64,000 nucleotides of DNA from Selaginella moellendorffii (Eukaryota > Plantae > Lycopodiophyta): NCBI RefSeq assembly GCF_000143415.4, contig NW_003314262.1:4772389-4836388 (forward strand), written 5' to 3'. The notes under the pieces were generated by a model. That model worked only from the letters and a program-made list of their open reading frames with translations, had not been told where the DNA came from and made no database searches. The stretch's first letter is position 1. Each line of letters begins with the position of its first letter. The position numbers and the translations under genes were made by a program. Of this stretch, positions 57,037-64,000 are shown one piece after another.

Positions 57037-58670
57037 ATGGCGCGCCCGACGCCGCTGCTCAAGGATGAGCTCGACATTGTGATTCCCACCATCAGGAACT
57101 TGGATTTCCTGGAAATGTGGAGGCCCTTCTTCCAGCACTACCATCTCATCATCGTCCAGGACGGCGACCCCAGCAAGCAGATCAAGGTGCCCGAGGGATT
57201 CGACTACGAGCTCTACAACCGCAACGACATCAACCGGATCTTGGGATCCAAGGCGTCGTGCATCTCCTTCAAGGACAGCGCCTGCCGCTGCTTTGGATTC
57301 CTCGTGTCCAAGAAGAAGTACATCTTCACCATTGACGACGATTGTTTTGTAAGTTCTTCCTTTTCTTTCTTGTTCTTGCTCGAGTTTGTTTGCTAGAGAT
57401 TTGTTGCGAGCTCGAGAATTCTTGTTTTTCTTTGTTCGATTGGTCGAGTTTGGTTGCTAGATTTATGTCTAGATCTCTTGCGAGAGCTCTGAGCTCACAA
57501 ATCCTGTTTTTATTGTTCGAGTGCTCGAGTTTCTTTGCTAGATTCTTCTTGCGAGAGCGCTGAGCTTTTTCTTTTCTTCGATTTCTTGGATCGATCTGTA
57601 TGAGCTGAGCTGATTTTGCTTTTGCTTCTTTCCAGGTAGCCAAGGATCCGTCCAGCAAAGACATCAACGCGCTGGAACAGCACATAAAGAATCTCTTGTC
57701 TCCATCGACACCTTATTTTTTTAACACACTCTACGATCCATACCGCGAAGGCACAGACTTCGTCCGGGGATATCCTTTTAGTCTCCGAGAAGGCGTCCAA
57801 ACGGCGATCTCTCACGGCCTGTGGCTCAACATCCCCGACTATGACGCTCCCACGCAGCTAGTCAAGCCATCCGAGAGAAACACAAGGTAACTTTTTCATT
57901 CTTCTGCCAAAAAAAAAGCTCTTTTTCTCGATGCTTCTTTAGATTCCAGAGATCTAATCGATTGTTTTTCTCTCGCAGATATGTCGACGCGGTCATGACG
58001 ATCCCCAAAGGAACGCTCTTCCCGATGTGTGGGATGAATCTAGCTTTCAACCGGGAGCTCATTGGACCGGCGATGTACTTCGGCTTGATGGGCGACGGGC
58101 AACCGATCGGCCGCTACGACGATATGTGGGCCGGATGGTGTTGCAAGGTAAAAAAACCAACTTTGGTCGCACAAAAAAACCATCTTTCTTTCTTCTCATC
58201 CCGAGAACTTACACTGCATTGGCATGAATCAGGTGATCTGCGACCACTTGGGCTATGGAGTTAAGACCGGCTTGCCATACATCTGGCACAGCAAAGCCAG
58301 CAATCCATTCGTGAACCTCAAGAAGGAATACAAGGGGATCTTTTGGCAGGAGGAGATCATCCCCTTCTTCCAGTCGGCAGTGCTGTCCAAGGAGGCCACC
58401 AGCGTGGAGCAGTGCTACAGGGAGCTGGCCAAGCAAGTGAGGGAGAAGCTGAGCAACGTAGATCCATACTTTTCCAAGCTCGCCGACGCCATGGTCACCT
58501 GGACCGAGTCGTGGGAGGAGCTGACCAGTAACAAGATCGTGGCTGGCGGCGTCAAGGCTTCCAGCGGCGGCGTCCATCACGCCAATGGCCCGACCACGAA
58601 GGTGGCGTCGCCGCCACCGCCACCGCCGGCTGTGGTTAAGTCCGAAGAACTTGGAAGCCCCGCAGCGTAA
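57037..58670 (+). CDS. RGP1: UDP-arabinopyranose mutase / reversibly glycosylated polypeptide (GT75); exons 57037-57348, 57636-57886, 57979-58147, 58233-58670
   Basis: [82 protein letters not shown]. Confidence 0.96.
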
Positions 58671-58882
58671 AACTCTTCCCAAAAGTTTATTTAAAAAAAT
58701 TCACATAGATCTTTGCTCAGGAAATTAAAATAATGTCGCGATATTTTCTTCGCCAAAATCTCGTCTTCATGGGAAGTTTTAAGTCTTCCCGAAAATTTCA
58801 ATTTTGTTTTTTGCTCAGGAAATTAAAATAATGTAATTAGCATTAGAAAAACCCGGGAAAATCCCTAGCGAGCTTTTAGGTC

Positions 58883-59935
58883 ATGCTAGCGCAGAGGATG
58901 GAGGCACTGGCAGGGCGGCTGTCCGGCAAGAATGTGAGTCTCCAATCCCTCCGCAGCAATCCCCTCGCCGGATCCCCGCGATCCAGCTCCACCTCCGCCC
59001 CCTCGGTGAGCGTCCGCGCCAAAAAGAAGGGCAACACCATCTCCGCCACGCTCTCCCTCACCGCCGCCACCGCCGCCACCGCCAGCGCCGCCAAGGACCG
59101 CGTGGACGTGCTCGCCGAGGCCCTGCCCTTCATCCAGCGCTTCCAGGGCAAGACGGTGGTGGTGAAATACGGCGGCGCCGCCATGAAGGACGAGACCCTC
59201 AAGGACGGCGTGATCAAGGACCTGGTCCTCCTGGCGTGCGTGGGGCTCCGCCCAATCTTCGTCCACGGCGGTGGCCCGGAGATCAACAGCTGGCTGGCGC
59301 GCCTGGGCATCCAGCCCCAATTCAAGAACGGGCTGCGCGTCACCGACGCCGCCACCATGGAGGTGGTGGAGATGGTGCTGGTCGGCCGGGTGAACAAATC
59401 CCTGGTGTCGCTCATCCACCAGGCAGGCGGCGCCGCTGTCGGGCTGTCGGGGATCGACGGGCGCGTCATCACGGCGCGCGCGTCGTCGGACCCCGGGCTG
59501 GGCTTTGTCGGCGAGATCTCGGCCATTGACACGGGGCTCATCCGCGGGATCGCGCGCGACGGGTTCATCCCGGTGATCGCGTCGGTGGCGGCGGATGGGA
59601 AAGGGCAGGCGTACAATATCAATGCCGACATCGCGGCGGGCGAGATCGCGGCGTCGCTGGGCGCGGAGAAGCTCATCCTCATGACCGACGTGCCGGGGAT
59701 CCTCACGGACCGGCACGATCACTCGACGCTGGTGAGGCAGGCGGACATCAAGGGCGTGCGCGGGCTGGTCGATGGCGGCGTCGTCACCGGCGGGATGATC
59801 CCCAAGGTGGAGTGCTGCGTGCGATCGCTGGCGCAGGGCGTGCGCGCGGCGCACATCATCGATGGCCGCCTCTCGCACTCGCTGCTGCTGGAGATCCTCA
59901 CGGACGAGGGCTCGGGGACGATGATCACCGGATGA
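58883..59935 (+). CDS. argB: N-acetylglutamate kinase, chloroplastic, intronless
   Basis: S-rich transit peptide; [83 protein letters not shown]. Confidence 0.97.
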   Translation: MLAQRMEALAGRLSGKNVSLQSLRSNPLAGSPRSSSTSAPSVSVRAKKKGNTISATLSLTAATAATASAAKDRVDVLAEALPFIQRFQGKTVVVKYGGAAMKDETLKDGVIKDLVLLACVGLRPIFVHGGGPEINSWLARLGIQPQFKNGLRVTDAATMEVVEMVLVGRVNKSLVSLIHQAGGAAVGLSGIDGRVITARASSDPGLGFVGEISAIDTGLIRGIARDGFIPVIASVAADGKGQAYNINADIAAGEIAASLGAEKLILMTDVPGILTDRHDHSTLVRQADIKGVRGLVDGGVVTGGMIPKVECCVRSLAQGVRAAHIIDGRLSHSLLLEILTDEGSGTMITG

Positions 59936-60211
59936 TCTTTTTCAAATCCAGAGATTATTCTAATCGAATATGCCTGCCCTGTTGCCCTAGCTTTTAGCAG
60001 CCCTAAAATCTTTCGCGCTTTCCCTACCGTACCCTTTTGTCCCAGATAAATACCATCCGTACACATAAAAGAATCGTCTATTCGTATTAATATGCTACAA
60101 CCAATGGGAGGAGAGAATGAGAAGAGAGAGGAGGAATCAATCAATCGAACACTAAAAGAGAAAGAAAAGACTAAAAGGAAAGAAAAAGATGGTTCTTCCA
60201 TGGTGGCTCGA

Positions 60212-60697
60212 TCAAATCTTGTCGATCTTGCTCGCGATCACCACGGGGTTGGCCTTGGCGATGGCAATCCGGCCCTGGCTCTGGAAATCAAACTCGCAGC
60301 CGTGCTCGCTGGGGTATCGATGGGGGAAGCACAGCACCTTGCCGCAGCGGCACGTAACGCCCATGAGCCCGACCTTCCGCCGGCAGCACGAGCACCTGTC
60401 TGGGGCGGCGGGGGGCGGGCAAGATCCGCTCGATCCCTCGCTCGATCCCTCGCAGCAAGATTGGGGCAAATCCCTGGGAGCCGCCGCCGGCGAAGCCCGG
60501 GCCTTTGCCGACCCGGATGGAAGAATTGGCGCCGCGCCGCTGGAGATCTCCACCGCCATGGCCATCTTGGCGGAATCCCTGTAGCACTTGGAGCACAGAT
60601 TCATGGTCGTCCCGTTGCCGAAGAAGCCGCAGTTGTTCGCGCATGGCACGGGCGCCTCCGCCGCGGCAGCCTGCTGGTAATCGTCCTGCTGCGCCAT
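60212..60697 (-). CDS. A20/AN1 zinc-finger stress-associated protein (SAP)
   Basis: A20 CANNCGFFGNGTTMNLCSKCYRD; AN1 RCSCCRRKVGLMGVTCRCGKVLCFPHRYPSEHGCEFDF; ends IAKANPVVIASKIDKI. ATG 60697. Confidence 0.95.
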   Translation of the reverse strand: MAQQDDYQQAAAAEAPVPCANNCGFFGNGTTMNLCSKCYRDSAKMAMAVEISSGAAPILPSGSAKARASPAAAPRDLPQSCCEGSSEGSSGSCPPPAAPDRCSCCRRKVGLMGVTCRCGKVLCFPHRYPSEHGCEFDFQSQGRIAIAKANPVVIASKIDKI

Positions 60698-60899
60698 GGA
60701 AATCGAGAAATCGAGCGAGACCCAAGTGAGATGCTGCCCGCCCGCACGCACCCAATTCACAGATCCTCGCGATTCGGCGCTCTGTCGCCCTGTCCAGTCG
60801 CGAGCCCACTTCTCTCTCACCGGTGAGACGCTCTTCGCGGAGAAGAAGCGAAGAACCGCTACTCTAACACTAACAATTTTGCCCCAAAAAATGTGAGGT

Positions 60900-61080
60900 G
60901 TGGCGATGGCTTTATACCAATACCAGCATTGGGCGGCGCACGCGTGGAGGGAAAAAAAAGCAAGCAAGAGAGAGAAGGGGGGCGACGCTAGAGCTCCCCG
61001 TCACGCGCCCGTCACGCCCGTCGCTTTCGGAACAGAACCTACGTGGCGATGGACGGTGCCGGGGCTGCCGCGTGGCGGCC
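60900..61080 (-). promoter_or_regulatory. stress-type promoter motifs upstream of SAP (TATA, CGCG boxes, paired TGACG, ABRE-like)
   Basis: TATAAA on minus strand ~60910-60915; cacgcgtgg ~60939; cgtca at 60999 and 61010; tacgtggc ~61040; ccgcgtgg ~61068. Confidence 0.4.
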
Positions 61081-61635
61081 GGTGACCAATTCAACGGCGG
61101 GATTCGCTTGCCGCGGATCTCCGTAATCTCCACTTCGTTAAGATATCAATCGTCTGGTTTGGCAAGAGTGGTGTGTTCTGTAGTGAAACACGTCTTCCAC
61201 TTTTTTTTTTTTACTTACGCGAGGTTTCAAAAAGTTTGATCGCCGCTGCTTGACCCTGTCCCTGTTGGAATGCCAATCGAGAACAGTGAGCTGTGAGCGT
61301 GAGAGAAATCCCATCTTCTCGGGGAGTTTCTCATCCTTATCGTTTCGTTTTTAAAGCCGCGCATCGGATCTGATAAGACCAAAAGCAACCGATTTTCAGC
61401 TGCTGGAACCGAAACAAACGAGAAGAAAAGAAAAGCAAAGAAAAGAAAAAAAACTGACACTCAACTGACCTGTGACACGGACTTTGTTTGCCTCGATCAC
61501 TGCTGCTGCTGCTCTTCGTTTGTAGTTAAAGCTGTGGCTTTTCAGTCGCCCCCTCCCTGTTCCTCCTGTGTTTCTACTATCCACCTAAACTAGAAACTAA
61601 GAGCCTCCTCCATGTCAAAAACCTTGGCATCGCTT

Positions 61636-63749
61636 TCACTCCGACAGGCCACCCGAGCTCTGCGAGAGCGGAGACGCACCGTTTGGTGTTACTGCTCCAC
61701 CGAAAGCGCTCTGGCTGAACGACTCGTTGCTCGAAGTGCAAACCATTGCCCCCATTCCCACGGTCACCTCGTCGGTATCCGAGTCCACATCCACCACCGC
61801 CATCGTCGCCGGCGGCGAGCTCTTGGTATCGGCTCCGCCGCTCGTCTCCTCCAGCACCTCGTACCACGAGCTGACATGGCTGTTTAGCGTCCCATTGTTC
61901 TCCCTTGCCACGATGATCTTCCTCTTTTTGCTCGCTTCCAATGCCTGGTCCCTGGAGCTGCTGTTCACCGCCAGCCTGCTCATGGTGTTCTTCAAGTTCA
62001 GCTTGCTGGCGGTGGAGTTTTTCGCTGCTGATGCTGCTTTCGTTGACCTCTTCGCGCTCAAGGATGGCAGAATCGGTGGCGGGGCGCCGGAACCAGTCCG
62101 GATGTAGTGCACAACCGGAGAAGCTCTTCCTCCCGAGCTGTTCTTCATGTTTGGCTTGGGTGTGCTCGGTGAGCTGAGTATTGTTGGCGGGCGAATGTGA
62201 ACCACATTTTTCGCCTTCATGAAAGATGCCGCGGCGGACGCAGGAGCTATCCGTGCTCCAGCCGCAACAGCTGCTGCTTGAACCATTGGATCGGGTCCCA
62301 GAAGAGCCCGGTTGGGCATGGAGTTCGTCCGAGCTAGATTACTTGGTTTTACTGCCGGCGACTGTGACACCGACGGTGGTGGTGAGACCTGTACCGATGA
62401 AACGCACGTAACTTGTTGGTTTGTCACAACCGAGAGCTTTTGAGCGTTGGTAGTCACTAGAGCCGTAGGCTTGGGCTTGGCTGGCGTGGTGCTCGGGCTC
62501 GGTAAACTTGTCCGGCAAACAGCTGGAGTTGGAGATGTGAGCTTTCTCGGCATCGTAACGCTTGCTTTTTCCGTCCGCACTTGTGTCGATTGTACTGCGA
62601 GGAAATTGTTCAATGCACCAGAGAAGAGAACATGGAAGAAAATAAACGTACATTGCTTTGGTAGACTCGTTGGCGGAGGTACCACGGGATGCACGGGAAG
62701 CCCCGGGATTCCGTTCTGCTCACAAAGCTCCGAAAGAACCTTTGGCTTTTTCAGGCCTTGTTCGCACTGTTGTCCTGGTCCCTGTCTCGCTGGAGCTGCA
62801 ATAGCTGGTGGAGGAGCAGTAGTCTCGCGTCGCCTCTTTATCAGCGCCCACCGCTAGCAGATTATCTACATTGTCAGAAGGCATCCAATTTAAAAAGAAG
62901 CAAAGAGATCTCTACGTACTTGCGCTAGCTGTGTCGCAGTCCTCTCGTGTTTGAAGACGCTTTTGACAATGGCAGCCCAGTTCCCCTCTCCATACTTTTC
63001 CACGCCGGAAACAAGCTCCTCGTCCTCTTGTGCCGTCCAAGGCTTGCGCTTCGTCCGGTATGAATCCAAGCCCGCAGCTTGAGCGCTCGAAAAGCCAGGA
63101 TATATGGACGTGAGGCCCAACGCAGTCGAGTCGGCATTCGCAAACGCTATGTCTGTGGAGAACCCCATCAAAGCCTGCGAAAAATCACAACCTCAGTGCG
63201 AGAAGATCAAGGAGATAGCCAAAGAGAGAGAAAAAAAAAAACTCTTCGAGAGTTCTTACATTGACATAGCTTGCAGCATCAGCTGATGCTTCCGAAGAGA
63301 CGCTCGGGAAAGCCTCGACATCGAATTCCAGATCACTGTCATCGTCCTGGAAAAACCAAGGTAAAAAAAGAAAAAAAAAATTCGACACTCAGGTGAGAAA
63401 ACCTGGCAATAAGATGAGAGATCGAACCTCCAAAGGGAGCTCTTCTCCGTCGGGATCGAGCTCCTTGCGATAGGCGAGATGCCGCCACAGTGCCTGGTAC
63501 TCGCGCGCATTCTTGATCCCGGTATTGGAATCCTTGACGATCTCGTCCCAGCTCACGCGCCCGCCGGCTTGCTTGGAGACCTCGTACAGCAGCGACAGGA
63601 TCGTGCTAGAATCATACCTGCGACCGAAGAAGAAGATCCATAAACCCTAAACCCCCGGAGAAAGACCGCGCCACGAGAACCAAGGCGGCGAGATACCTCT
63701 TGAGCAGCAGCGTCACATCGCCCTCCGCGATGAAGCCCTTGCGCTTCAT
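61636..63749 (-). CDS. DRMY1: DRMY1-like single-MYB protein, multi-exon (in-frame upstream ATG at 63884 possible)
   Basis: FIAEGDVTLLLKRYDSSTILSLLYEV...WDEIVK..TGIKNAREYQALWRHLAYR, DDDSDLEFDVEAFP, KRKPWTAQEDEELVSGVEKYGEGNWA...RTATQLAQRW, VQAAAVAAGARIA, KNVVHIRP. Confidence 0.88.
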
Positions 63750-64000
63750 CCAAACCGAGCTCTTCCTTTGCCCTGGAAATCGATTCCCCCGAATATGCTT
63801 CGTTAGAACTTTGCCGCTAGAATATACCCCACTTTTGAAAACCCGAACGGTCAGCGACGGTCGTCGCCGTTCAATACCGGTCATCCCGTGAACCTCGGAA
63901 GAACAGCATTACTTTTATTCACGCGTAGAGAAACATATAATTAATCGAGCGGTGGAAGAAGGCTTAGATAGGATGGAAAGATCCAAAAACTTGGGAGTAA

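Noticed and set aside
60698-60967. N-terminal extensions in the ORF track (also 11618-11695, 51902-51970, 37291-37329)
   Set aside because: They depend on GTG/TTG starts not expected in plant nuclear genes; ATG starts were used instead.
61227-61584. Possible extra C-terminal exons of the DRMY1-like gene
   Set aside because: The available GT donor phase leads to an immediate stop; more likely 3'UTR introns.

Overview
Eukaryotic plant nuclear DNA, most likely a lycophyte (Selaginella-like). Grounds for that inference: GC-rich coding exons, ~50-80 bp GT-AG introns, tiny intergenic gaps and a 'WW'-type DYW PPR protein. The window has two parts. (1) ~1-28.3 kb is mostly AT-rich, CpG-depleted decayed transposon sequence (gypsy gag/protease, integrase, LINE RT, LTR fragments, a probable non-autonomous Helitron). 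It also holds one P-class PPR gene, orphan gene fragments (a REVEILLE/CCA1-type MYB exon) and two AT-rich intronless coding islands: a decayed FCP1/NIF-like HAD phosphatase and an intact secreted B-lectin fusion ORF. (2) ~28.5-64 kb is very gene-dense: three more P-class PPRs, a PLS-E-DYW:WW PPR lacking the catalytic Glu, DCC1, a UPF0643-like gene, group VIII bHLH, PAM16, an HNH endonuclease, a small AT-hook protein, starch synthase, an IRKI/GIL1-like gene, importin-beta 4, UDP-arabinopyranose mutase (RGP), acetylglutamate kinase, an A20/AN1 SAP and a DRMY1-like MYB. Most notable observations: the AT-rich foreign-looking ORFs (possible viral or retroelement cargo); a DYW editing factor with HSE->HSG whose ATG sits in a perfect 16-bp hairpin; a PPR with three mutually compensating +1 frameshifts; and a 'shredded' copy of one PPR gene forming the 5' region of another. 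All family assignments come from motif recognition by eye; no database searches were run.
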